Origin: a virus
Virus record (IMG/VR): IMGVR_UViG_3300044953_000102
Span: 32,001-96,000 of that record
Strand: one strand, 5' to 3'
Length of the DNA: 64,000 nt
The notes below the pieces were generated by a model, which was not told the DNA's origin, ran no database searches, and saw nothing but the letters and a program-made list of their open reading frames with translations. A program made the translations under genes and the position numbers. Within the stretch, counting starts at the first letter, position 1; each line of letters opens with the position of its first letter. This document shows, one piece after another, positions 8,360-16,904 of this stretch.

Positions 8360-8745
8360 ATATATATGTTTAAAAGATTACGTAATTAAAAGTTAGCTAT
8401 ATTTTTTTATTATATAAATACTATAATAATATATAGTAATAATGTATAGGATGTATGAGTAGTAAATGAGTAGTGAGTATAATACTCACATACTTAAACT
8501 CTCTTATCTAATACAGATTTCCGCGTAGAATTTTATTTAACTCTACAATTATTCTGTATCTTAATTAACCCATACAAAGTATTATAATAATATTATTTAT
8601 TTTTTGTTGAGTAGTATTGAGTATTGAGTAATATCTACTGATGTTAAACTCAATTACTATTTACTAAAAAAATCAGAAATAATGCGGTAACATTATTTCC
8701 CATTTCAAGTGAAGGGTTAGCAAAAAAGAGGGTATTCTAATTACT

Positions 8746-8780
8746 AAAAAAATGAAAAGTAGGACCTAAGTCCTACTTTC
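8746..8780 (-). terminator. intrinsic terminator
   Basis: AAAGTAGGAC-CTAA-GTCCTACTTT with a T-run on the minus strand, downstream of 8795..9235. Confidence 0.7.
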
Positions 8781-8794
8781 TCATCTCACAATGT

Positions 8795-9235
8795 CTACAA
8801 ATCTTCATTCAATGCAGCATCATCCCCATTTGCAACAGGTTCTTGTATGAATGCATTTGCAGTACTGCTGGATACTTTACCTGCACCAAATACTTTATCT
8901 GCAAGTCTATTTGCAAATGCAGTTGCAAGCACTGATGAAGTTTGCTCCAACATTTCCAATCTTGCAACATCTTTTCTTGTTTCAGATTGGTCTAATGTGA
9001 AGTTACCATCTTGTTTAAGATACAATGGTAGTTCATCTCTAAATGCATCCATATACATTGTATGCATTTGTGGTTCTCCACTTGCAGACTTCCGTGGATA
9101 TTGTTTGAACTGCGGGGAATTAATATATTGTTTAATTTCCTCGGTTGTACCTTTGATGGTATAAATATGGAAGGTTTTACCTTTTTGCTCACCTTCTTTA
9201 CGGATATAGTTCCCACTGTAAACTGCTTTCAACAT
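8795..9235 (-). CDS. hypothetical early protein
   Basis: 146-aa ORF flanked by a repeated motif and a terminator. Confidence 0.7.
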   Translation of the reverse strand: MLKAVYSGNYIRKEGEQKGKTFHIYTIKGTTEEIKQYINSPQFKQYPRKSASGEPQMHTMYMDAFRDELPLYLKQDGNFTLDQSETRKDVARLEMLEQTSSVLATAFANRLADKVFGAGKVSSSTANAFIQEPVANGDDAALNEDL

Positions 9236-9279
9236 AATGTTTAAGTTTTAGTTAATGAATAAATTATCAAGATAAGTTA

Positions 9280-9288
9280 AGGGTTAGC
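9280..9288 (-). promoter_or_regulatory. repeated GCTAACCCT motif (also 8713-8721, 9586-9594); putative early promoter
   Basis: Three copies upstream of the first three minus-strand units. Confidence 0.55.
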
Positions 9289-9298
9289 AAGTAGAGGG

Positions 9299-9329
9299 AA
9301 AAAAAAGAGAAAGACCTCCTAAGAGGTCT
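9299..9329 (-). terminator. intrinsic terminator
   Basis: AGACCTC-CTAA-GAGGTCT plus T-run on the minus strand. Confidence 0.65.
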
Positions 9330-9561
9330 GGATCTTTTTGGCTTTACTGATGTAGATGGATTCATATCCAGCTGCATTAGTATAAAGCCTGTAAATGATT
9401 TCATACAATCCAGGAGATTGGATGGAATCTTTTACCACTGCTTTGGGGATTCTTGGAAGCCACAAATCAGTGTTGACTTTCTTTATAACATAGAGAAAGT
9501 CATGAGACTTACAAGGAAGGATGCTCACTAGAGCTGACTGAGTTGGAAGTTGTGTATTCAT
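9319..9561 (-). CDS. hypothetical early protein (80 aa)
   Basis: Likely start MNTQLPTQ at 9561; the 175-aa ORF call runs through the G-rich island and into the opposite gene. Confidence 0.6.
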   Translation of the reverse strand: MNTQLPTQSALVSILPCKSHDFLYVIKKVNTDLWLPRIPKAVVKDSIQSPGLYEIIYRLYTNAAGYESIYISKAKKIQTS

Positions 9562-9659
9562 AAAATTATATTTTATGATAGGTTCAGGGTTAGCCCATGC
9601 AAGACAGACAAGAAACTTTTTTTCCCAGAGGATAAAAAAGTTTTTTTTCTGGCTGATGC

Positions 9660-9735
9660 AGACACGTGTGCTGGCAGAGACAGGGGGGTACCCACCCTGG
9701 CTGCGGCTGGGGGGTGGCTGCTGCAGGGGGGTCCA
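9660..9735. other. GC-rich island with three G6 runs at the strand switch
   Basis: G6 at 9683-9688, 9709-9714, 9726-9731; GGGTACCC palindrome. Confidence 0.7.
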
Positions 9736-9813
9736 CACAATCTCTAATGCAAAATATTTTTGGTGCCAAAGAAAATTTTTGTATATTATTATGTAACCCA
9801 TTAAAACAAAAGA

Positions 9814-10740
9814 ATGGAGGTTAAAAAGATTAGTAAGAATATACACAATGTTATTTTTACTGGAAAAACAGCAGAGGTTGCTGTATTGTCAGACATACAC
9901 TGGGATAACTCACACTGTGATAGAAAGCTTTTAAAGAAACATCTTAATTACTGTAAGGAGAATAATATACCTGTGGTTATTGTAGGGGATCTATTCTGTC
10001 TTATGCAAGGTAGAGGAGATAATAGGAGGAATAAGTCAGATATACTCCCGGAACATAATAATGCATTTTACTTAGATTCAATTGTAGATACTGCCGTGGA
10101 GTGGTTTAAACCATATGCTGATATTATCAAGGTAATTGGTTATGGTAATCATGAGACCGGGATAATTAAGTACCAAGAGACTGATGTACTGAAGAGGTTT
10201 GTTGAGATAATGAATCTTAAGTATAATTCTAATATACAGGTTGGAGGTTATGGTGGCTGGATAGTGTATAGTTTACACTATAGAAAAAATGCTGTGTCTT
10301 CATTTAAGCATAAGTACTATCATGGTTCTGGCGGGGGAGGTATTGTGACTAAAGGTGCTTTGAATCTTACTAGAGCCTTAGAGATGTATGAGGATATGGA
10401 TCTATTTACTATGGGACATATACATGAGAACTCTTCCCGTAATGATGTTAGAGAAGGATTATTATATCACAATAGTAAATATAAGATCCAACAAAGACAG
10501 ATCAATCATTGTATTACTGGGACATACAAAGAAGAGTATGGTGAAGGATCACATGGTTGGCATATAGAGAGAGGTGCTCCTCCTAAACCATTAGGTGGTA
10601 GAATAATAACTTTTTCTGTAAAAGATTCAGTTGATGAAGACGGTAAAAATTATATAGAAAAAAAGTGGATAGTAAATCTTTTCCAATTTAATTTATATAT
10701 TTGCTTATCTAGCAAAAAACGGCAAGGGGTCTGGAGGTGA
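9814..10740 (+). CDS. calcineurin-like metallophosphoesterase
   Basis: SDIH, GD, GNHE, HG, GHIH motifs; true end may be 10691 (see findings). Confidence 0.85.
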   Translation: MEVKKISKNIHNVIFTGKTAEVAVLSDIHWDNSHCDRKLLKKHLNYCKENNIPVVIVGDLFCLMQGRGDNRRNKSDILPEHNNAFYLDSIVDTAVEWFKPYADIIKVIGYGNHETGIIKYQETDVLKRFVEIMNLKYNSNIQVGGYGGWIVYSLHYRKNAVSSFKHKYYHGSGGGGIVTKGALNLTRALEMYEDMDLFTMGHIHENSSRNDVREGLLYHNSKYKIQQRQINHCITGTYKEEYGEGSHGWHIERGAPPKPLGGRIITFSVKDSVDEDGKNYIEKKWIVNLFQFNLYICLSSKKRQGVWR

Positions 10741-10760
10741 AAGCCCAGACCTTTTGTTTT
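10724..10760 (+). terminator. hairpin plus T-run
   Basis: GGTCTGG-aggtgaaagc-CCAGACC-TTTTGTTTT. Confidence 0.6.
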
Positions 10761-10773
10761 AAAAAGACTTGGT

Positions 10774-11217
10774 ATGAAAAAGTATGACATGGGTAAATAC
10801 GTTCTATTAGCAGGTAATAATGCTACTGAAGTATTTGACCATTATGATGTTAAAGAGATGCATGGGTTAAATCGTAAAGATGCTCAAGCTGAAGAAGTGG
10901 ATAAGACTACTGGCAATGGAGTTTATATCTATGGACTTACTAACTATGATCCTTCAGATAAGAAACTTACCGCAAAAGATCCATACAAACCATTTCTATT
11001 TATTAACCTAGGAACATTCAAGAAGTATAGCCTTACAGAAAAAGCCACAGCTGTTATGCATGAAACCATGCACATGAGTATCTTGCTAAACAACTGGAAG
11101 ATTGCTGATAAGGAAGAAGAAGTTATTACCTTTGCTGAAGATGAGGCAAATAAGATCATTGAGAAATTAGGGTTTAGTTCTAAGGAACAACCTAAGAAAA
11201 ACTTCTTTAAAAAATAA
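10774..11217 (+). CDS. small zincin-like (HExxH) protein
   Basis: AVMHETMH...EEE. Confidence 0.6.
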   Translation: MKKYDMGKYVLLAGNNATEVFDHYDVKEMHGLNRKDAQAEEVDKTTGNGVYIYGLTNYDPSDKKLTAKDPYKPFLFINLGTFKKYSLTEKATAVMHETMHMSILLNNWKIADKEEEVITFAEDEANKIIEKLGFSSKEQPKKNFFKK

Positions 11218-11849
11218 TGGCATACATAGAACACAACTTCTTTCCTCTCAAGTTGTTTGTTAGAAATGAGTATATGTACCAAGGTACTAAAGGTCATGGA
11301 GAATTTACCCCGGGGGTAATTATATCTGTAAGATGTCTACCGGGACAAGCTGTATTGTTCCAGGTGCTGTTAGAGAATGGTGTACTTAGAGACAAGTTAC
11401 CAAGTCACGCTTTACTAACAAAACCAGAATTACCAGAACCCGATCTACCCTTTCATTACTTACAGATATGGAATTGTTTCTCTTACAACTTTACTCTTAT
11501 AAACTTATCTTATCTGTATAATACACCAGTAGAAGTATACATGAAGGATAAAAAGTTCTATCCGGGTAGTTACTATGCTACAATAAACTGGGGTAGTGGA
11601 GATATTAACACTGACATATCTTTAGCAGAAGATCCATTAGAGCATAAGAGTCATCACATTATATTACTTGATAATGGGCAGATAGCATTACAACCAAATA
11701 ATAGAATTAAGTGGTCTGAACCAAGCTTTGTAACTAAACCTTTTCCTGAAAGACCTGATTACTTAGTCAATAAAGATTACTATAACTGTGAAGGATTTGA
11801 TAAGTGGCATACAGAAGATTCAGAAAGAATGTTCTATGACAATGAATAA
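11217..11849 (+). CDS. conserved phage hypothetical protein
   Basis: LQIWNCFSY...EHKSHH...DNGQIALQPNNR; TAATG coupling. Confidence 0.7.
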   Translation: MAYIEHNFFPLKLFVRNEYMYQGTKGHGEFTPGVIISVRCLPGQAVLFQVLLENGVLRDKLPSHALLTKPELPEPDLPFHYLQIWNCFSYNFTLINLSYLYNTPVEVYMKDKKFYPGSYYATINWGSGDINTDISLAEDPLEHKSHHIILLDNGQIALQPNNRIKWSEPSFVTKPFPERPDYLVNKDYYNCEGFDKWHTEDSERMFYDNE

Positions 11850-12029
11850 ATTTTTAACTTTTTAAGTTTAAATAAAAAATGTTTTTATATTTGCCTTATA
11901 TCAAATTTATGTGTTGTTTAAAAAGAGATGACATTAGCGCAAAAAAAGTTATAATTGCTTGTTGCAAAGAAAACAGGATCTAACCTAGAATTCCGTATGA
12001 TATATGACGAATTAATTAAACAATTAAAT

Positions 12030-12230
12030 ATGGCAGAAAAATCAATAATGTTATCCATAGTAGAAACTGAACAGGGAATGGAGGTACACATAAATGAAAA
12101 AGCTTATGGTAATTTAGGCCTAGTTGGTTTGATAGAACAAATTAAGTTATCTTTACTATCTGACTCTGATATGAAATCAGAAAAAAGAGAAAAAATTTCT
12201 GAGTCAACTTCTCAGAGATACGATGCATAA
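12030..12230 (+). CDS. hypothetical protein
   Basis: Likely start MAEKSIM after an A-rich leader. Confidence 0.55.
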   Translation: MAEKSIMLSIVETEQGMEVHINEKAYGNLGLVGLIEQIKLSLLSDSDMKSEKREKISESTSQRYDA

Positions 12231-12247
12231 TAAATAAAACCAACAAC

Positions 12248-12526
12248 ATGAAAAGTCTAAGAAGTAAAAGAGTATTGTTAACAATGCCAGAATTAAAAAA
12301 ATCATCAGTTGAATTATCTGCTAAAGATGAAGAAACAATCATGCAAGAAACTATGAAAAAATGGTTAAAGCTTGAAGTCTTTGCCGTAGGAGATGAAGTT
12401 ACTGATATAAAAAAAGGAGATAAAGTCTATGTTCAAACATATGCTCTACAATCTGGGGAAAAAATTGAAATAGATGGCAGTATAAAACTTATGATTAATG
12501 ATACTGCTATTGCAATAATTTGGTAA
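12248..12526 (+). CDS. groES: co-chaperonin GroES-like protein
   Basis: KRVLL...EVFAVGDEVTDIKKGDKVYV...LMINDTAIAII Cpn10 pattern. Confidence 0.75.
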   Translation: MKSLRSKRVLLTMPELKKSSVELSAKDEETIMQETMKKWLKLEVFAVGDEVTDIKKGDKVYVQTYALQSGEKIEIDGSIKLMINDTAIAIIW

Positions 12527-12527
12527 A

Positions 12528-12719
12528 ATGAAATTAATAATATTTATACTAGGACTATTTGTAATTGTAATTATGTTTTTTTTAGCAAAAGCATTAAATA
12601 AACCTATATACAATAAAATGCACAATGTTTGGCATGATGATCCTTATGGAAGAACTATTGCTGATTTTTGTATTATAATAGCAATAGTTACTGCTTTTAT
12701 TATTGGTATACTACTATAG
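12528..12719 (+). CDS. small two-TM membrane protein
   Basis: Hydrophobic N- and C-terminal helices. Confidence 0.6.
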   Translation: MKLIIFILGLFVIVIMFFLAKALNKPIYNKMHNVWHDDPYGRTIADFCIIIAIVTAFIIGILL

Positions 12720-12761
12720 CCTGTATCTCTCTTCTCCAAGGTTAATACAAACCAGGCTAGT

Positions 12762-12792
12762 CCCCAGATTTTTTTCTGGGGATTTTTTGTTT
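12762..12792 (+). terminator. intrinsic terminator
   Basis: TCCCCAGA-ttttt-TCTGGGGA-TTTTTTGTTTT. Confidence 0.75.
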
Positions 12793-12842
12793 TCTAAATT
12801 ATTTTTCGTATATTATAGTATATTTATTAAATAACAACAACC

Positions 12843-13343
12843 ATGGACATTTTAAATTTTATATACCTTAAGACTAAAGAGTTAATTAAACCAACTATTA
12901 ATAATGTTAATGAAGATATTATTCCTTTAGGTGCATATCTAGGACCTGTTAAAAAAGGTGATAGTTATTTAACTTATGGTATGACAATTCAGAATTTTGC
13001 AAATGCAATTTCTGCATTCTTACCAGTTAACAATACTGGATTTGTTACTCAAACAGGTAGTTCTGGAAATCCAGTAACTTTAAATACTTTAAGTGGTATA
13101 ATTACTACTGTATCTTTGACTAATCTACCAAATACTTCTATTACTTTTCAGTTATTTAATAGTAATATTACAACAAACTCTGTTTTTTTAGCATCAATAA
13201 ATTATACAGATGCTGGCTTAACAGGTACACCAGTAGTTAGAACTGAAACAGGAAATGGTGTAACAAAAATTACAATAACAAATGTGGATCCAGCAATAAG
13301 TTTAAATAATGTTGCTAAAATTCACTTTACAATAATAAATTAA
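12843..13343 (+). CDS. putative virion structural protein
   Basis: T/N/G-rich beta-strand composition. Confidence 0.55.
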   Translation: MDILNFIYLKTKELIKPTINNVNEDIIPLGAYLGPVKKGDSYLTYGMTIQNFANAISAFLPVNNTGFVTQTGSSGNPVTLNTLSGIITTVSLTNLPNTSITFQLFNSNITTNSVFLASINYTDAGLTGTPVVRTETGNGVTKITITNVDPAISLNNVAKIHFTIIN

Positions 13344-13345
13344 TT

Positions 13346-13690
13346 ATGTCAATAGGAAATTTAAAAGATTACGGAAATAAGGGAAATAATTTTCCTTGGC
13401 AATTAAAAGTACTTGAAGGACTTCAAAGTATTTATAATGCTTTAACTGGTTCTGCAACTGGTCAAGTAAGAACTGCAAATATTCTTAATACATCTGGAGC
13501 AGGATCAATTCCAGCAGGAGCATATAGTTTTTCAGTTGCTAATGTTGGTGCTGCTAGTGGAACTTTTTTAGGGCAAACTATTCCTGCAGGTGCAACAGTT
13601 AATTTTGATGCTGGAGCTATGAGTAATACTTTTTTAGGAGCAGCATACAATGCAACTGGTACAACATTTCTAATAACTTGGGTATCTTAA
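13346..13690 (+). CDS. putative virion structural protein
   Basis: A/G/T-rich beta sandwich ending FLITWVS. Confidence 0.55.
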   Translation: MSIGNLKDYGNKGNNFPWQLKVLEGLQSIYNALTGSATGQVRTANILNTSGAGSIPAGAYSFSVANVGAASGTFLGQTIPAGATVNFDAGAMSNTFLGAAYNATGTTFLITWVS

Positions 13691-13736
13691 TACAATGCCA
13701 ACTTCAATTGATCAGTAATGTATAAAGTTAATTAAT

Positions 13737-14225
13737 ATGAAAAAGTTATATATAGTTAGTTTAGTATTAGTATTTATTACTTCTTGTTCATTAGAAAAAA
13801 AGCTTGCAAAATATTGTCCTTTGTGTACCCAAAAGGATAGTACAGTAACAGTTATACAGTACAGAGATACCACAATAGAGATCCCAGGAGAAACTGTATT
13901 TATAGAAGATACATTATTCTGTGATTCTCTTGGTAATGTATATGCTTCTAGACTATCTGAAAAAGATGGAACAATACTTAAACTTCAAGCTAGAATAAAA
14001 GACAATAAATACAAAGTAATTGCTAAGACAGATACTATTTATAAACTTGTACCCGGTAATACTATTTACAAAACACAAGTAGTAACTAAAACAATAAAAC
14101 CTGAAAAAATAAAATATATCCCTGGTTGGATTAATTTCTTAGCATGGTTAGGCGGTATATGGCTAATAATTATTATAATATATACTATATATCGTTTTAT
14201 TAAATCTCAAATACCTACAATATGA
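13737..14225 (+). CDS. unimolecular spanin-like lipoprotein
   Basis: Lipobox FITSC, C-terminal TM helix, adjacent to holin and endolysin. Confidence 0.7.
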   Translation: MKKLYIVSLVLVFITSCSLEKKLAKYCPLCTQKDSTVTVIQYRDTTIEIPGETVFIEDTLFCDSLGNVYASRLSEKDGTILKLQARIKDNKYKVIAKTDTIYKLVPGNTIYKTQVVTKTIKPEKIKYIPGWINFLAWLGGIWLIIIIIYTIYRFIKSQIPTI

Positions 14226-14713
14226 AAACACAATTAACAATACTAGCAACGACGATACAGAATAAGTGGCCTCTGTACCTATCAATGATGAGTGCATTCT
14301 TCATGCCTATCACGGGGCTTATGTTTATGATTGGATTTTCTATAGCTGTGGATACTATTACAGGAGTTTGGAAGGCACGTAAACTCAAACAACCTATTAC
14401 ATCATCTAGACTATCTGCTGTCATTAGTAAGATGTTACTATATGAATTTACTGTTATATTATTCTATTTAATTGATTATTTTATCCTCAATGATATTGTT
14501 CTTATTTTTTTCAGTATACCTTTAATGCTAACTAAGATGTTGGCATTGGTCCTAGTATCCATTGAAGTGGTGAGTATCAATGAAAATTACAAGGCGGTGA
14601 AGGGAATAGACCTGTGGGTAAGTGCTAAGAATTTAATATCACGAGCAAAAGAATTGAAAAAAGATGCAGATGAAATTAGATCTAACGAAAATAGTTCAGG
14701 AGAGACTAGATAA
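14222..14713 (+). CDS. holin (phage holin 4-like)
   Basis: Several TM helices, DTITGVWKA...EVVSINEN pattern, precedes the endolysin. Confidence 0.8.
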   Translation: MKTQLTILATTIQNKWPLYLSMMSAFFMPITGLMFMIGFSIAVDTITGVWKARKLKQPITSSRLSAVISKMLLYEFTVILFYLIDYFILNDIVLIFFSIPLMLTKMLALVLVSIEVVSINENYKAVKGIDLWVSAKNLISRAKELKKDADEIRSNENSSGETR

Positions 14714-15317
14714 TAACCAGTATTTCCATGAAGATTTTGATAAAAAACAGATATATCTTCACCATACAGCAGGTAATGGTAATGCTGTGGGGGTGGCTAA
14801 GTTCTGGAATAGCAATGATACAAGAATAGCTACTGCCTTTGTCATTGGAAACAATGGTACAATAGTACAATGTTTTAGTTCCAAGCACTGGGCCTATCAC
14901 CTTGGCATTGATAGTCAAGACTTTCAAATGCATGGCCTCCGGTATCAGAACCTCAACAAACTTAGTGTTGGCATTGAGGTGTGCAACTGGGGCCCACTTA
15001 AGCAGATCAATGGTAAGTACCTCAACTATGTTAAGGGTGTGGTAGTTCCTTCGGAGGTAACTATCCTGGAAAAGCCATTCAAAGGTCATGTTCTATGGCA
15101 TAAATACACGGATCAGCAGATAGAAAGCACTCGGCAGTTACTTGTGTATCTATGTGAGACATACAACATACCCAAGGCATACCGTAAAGAGATATGGGCC
15201 ATTGATAAGGAAGCCTTCAAGGGTACACCTGGCATTTACACCCACAATTCAGTGAGGAAGGATAAGAGTGATATCTACCCATGCCCTCGAATGTTAGCAA
15301 TGTTACAGAACCTATAA
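14664..15317 (+). CDS. endolysin, N-acetylmuramoyl-L-alanine amidase (Amidase_2)
   Basis: IYLHHTAG, SVGIEV, THNSVRKDKSDIYP. Confidence 0.9.
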   Translation: MQMKLDLTKIVQERLDNNQYFHEDFDKKQIYLHHTAGNGNAVGVAKFWNSNDTRIATAFVIGNNGTIVQCFSSKHWAYHLGIDSQDFQMHGLRYQNLNKLSVGIEVCNWGPLKQINGKYLNYVKGVVVPSEVTILEKPFKGHVLWHKYTDQQIESTRQLLVYLCETYNIPKAYRKEIWAIDKEAFKGTPGIYTHNSVRKDKSDIYPCPRMLAMLQNL

Positions 15318-15318
15318 T

Positions 15319-15477
15319 ATGAAATTTAGAAACTCTTGGAAATCATCCACAAAACAATGGGATAAAATAATGATAAGAATAAGAATTTCTTCATTAGATA
15401 TCTTTTCATTTGAAATAGATATCTCCAGAAACTTTTATTTATTATCAATATTAAACTTCACAATTAAAAATAGATAA
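15319..15477 (+). CDS. small hypothetical protein (52 aa, not in ORF track)
   Basis: MKFRNSWKSSTKQWDKIMIRIRISSLDIF...; starts 2 nt after the amidase stop and precedes a terminator. Confidence 0.6.
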   Translation: MKFRNSWKSSTKQWDKIMIRIRISSLDIFSFEIDISRNFYLLSILNFTIKNR

Positions 15478-15502
15478 TACTTTATCTTCTCTATATAAAG
15501 TA

Positions 15503-15534
15503 ATCTAGGTATATAGTATACCTGGATTTTTTTT
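15503..15534 (+). terminator. intrinsic terminator
   Basis: TCTAGGTATA-tag-TATACCTGGA-TTTTTTTT. Confidence 0.75.
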
Positions 15535-15564
15535 GTTTAAATCTTTTCTATTTAAACTTTTATA

Positions 15565-15573
15565 GTATATTTG
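15565..15573 (+). promoter_or_regulatory. TATATTTG promoter box (Bacteroidota -7 element) / GTATATT late motif
   Basis: Matches TAnnTTTG; GTATATT recurs before many operons. Confidence 0.55.
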
Positions 15574-15595
15574 TGTAAACTTTAATTAATATATC

Positions 15596-15898
15596 ATGGA
15601 AAACCAACAAATGAATGAGGAGTTAACTCCTGAGCAATTAGAAGCAAGAAGAGATGAAATGAAACAATTTTATGAAAATTCTCTTCCCTATCTTGAAGCA
15701 CAAGCAAAGTATGAAAAATTACTTACTGAGGTTGAAGAAGCAAGATATAAAAGAGCAACAATGCAACTTCAGTATGCATCAATGATGGCTGCTACACAAC
15801 CACCAATGGAAGATGAAGAAGAAGATTTTCCAACACAAACACCACCAAAACCTGTAGCACAAGCACCAGCTAGAGGTAAAAAATTAAAAAGAGGTTAA
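15596..15898 (+). CDS. hypothetical coiled-coil protein
   Basis: First gene of the packaging operon. Confidence 0.7.
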   Translation: MENQQMNEELTPEQLEARRDEMKQFYENSLPYLEAQAKYEKLLTEVEEARYKRATMQLQYASMMAATQPPMEDEEEDFPTQTPPKPVAQAPARGKKLKRG

Positions 15899-16278
15899 TG
15901 GCACTTGTTAATCAAGTTCAGAAAAGGGTTAGAATGCCCAAATGGGATATTGTAAAGTTTCAGATTTTAACTCATTGTTATATTAACCGTATAGCAATGA
16001 GTGAATCTGATCTTGACTGTCTTACTTTACTTAGTTTCAATCAACCAATTGAACTTAGTAATTTTTGTCTTGATGCATCTTCTGAAGAAGATTGGATTTT
16101 TAAATCACCTCAAACTGTTAGAAATAGTGTAAATAAAGCTGAGAAAAATGGACTTGTGATTAAGGATGCAAGTAACAAAAAAGTAATTATGCTTAATCCA
16201 AATATTAAAGTTCAAACAGAAGGAACTATACTATTAGACTATAAATTTTTAGGAAATGATACCGAAGAAAGCAAGTAG
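15898..16278 (+). CDS. putative winged-helix DNA-binding protein
   Basis: SPQTVRNSVNKAEKNGLVIK wHTH-like pattern. Confidence 0.55.
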   Translation: MALVNQVQKRVRMPKWDIVKFQILTHCYINRIAMSESDLDCLTLLSFNQPIELSNFCLDASSEEDWIFKSPQTVRNSVNKAEKNGLVIKDASNKKVIMLNPNIKVQTEGTILLDYKFLGNDTEESK

Positions 16279-16666
16279 TCTATATAAAGAAATAACAAAA
16301 GAGTTTGAAGTCTCTAAAGATTTAGTTGAAACTTTAGTAGAGAATTATTATGAAACATTAAGAAAAAAACTAAGTAGTTTAAGTGATTTAAGAATAAATG
16401 TAGATGGCTTAGGTCACTTTGTTATTAAAATTCAAAAAGTAAAGAAAGCAATACCTCATTATGAAAAAGTTTTAAAAAATCATGACACATCAACTTTTGG
16501 TGCTTATCATAATAAAAAGAATGTTGAGGAAAAATTAGAACTTTTAACAGAAATTCATAAAAAGGCAGAACAAGAATTATTAAAACGAAAAACTTTTAAA
16601 GATGAAAAATACTCTAAAATTAATTTGGCAAAACCGGAAACAGATCCTGGAAGGGATAACCAATAG
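16256..16666 (+). CDS. HU/IHF-like DNA-binding protein
   Basis: helix-helix then RINVDGLGHFVIK (HU-type V-x-G-x-G-x-F). Confidence 0.6.
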   Translation: MIPKKASSLYKEITKEFEVSKDLVETLVENYYETLRKKLSSLSDLRINVDGLGHFVIKIQKVKKAIPHYEKVLKNHDTSTFGAYHNKKNVEEKLELLTEIHKKAEQELLKRKTFKDEKYSKINLAKPETDPGRDNQ

Positions 16667-16904
16667 TATAATTAGAGATGAGACCGTAGAAGAAATAGCT
16701 AGACTAAGATATTCTATTTGTGATGAATGTGAACATATAGATTTAAAAGGTAAAGACTGTGCTATGAAAGGTACTCAACCTTGTTGTGCAGAATGTGGAT
16801 GTTCACTAAATTTTAAAACTAGATCTCTTGCCTCTGAGTGTCCCCTTGGTAAATGGGATGCAATTGCTACGGTAGAAGAAGAAGATAAATTAGAGGAGTT
16901 ATGA
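16602..16904 (+). CDS. Cys-rich putative Zn-binding protein
   Basis: R..ICDEC...CCAECGC...KT...CPLGKW. Confidence 0.7.
   Translation: MKNTLKLIWQNRKQILEGITNSIIRDETVEEIARLRYSICDECEHIDLKGKDCAMKGTQPCCAECGCSLNFKTRSLASECPLGKWDAIATVEEEDKLEEL

Noticed and set aside
9550-9846. ORFs 9550..9747, 9575..9796 and the N-terminal extension of 9319..9846
   Set aside because: They arise from the stop-poor G-rich island; composition is atypical and they overlap regulatory motifs
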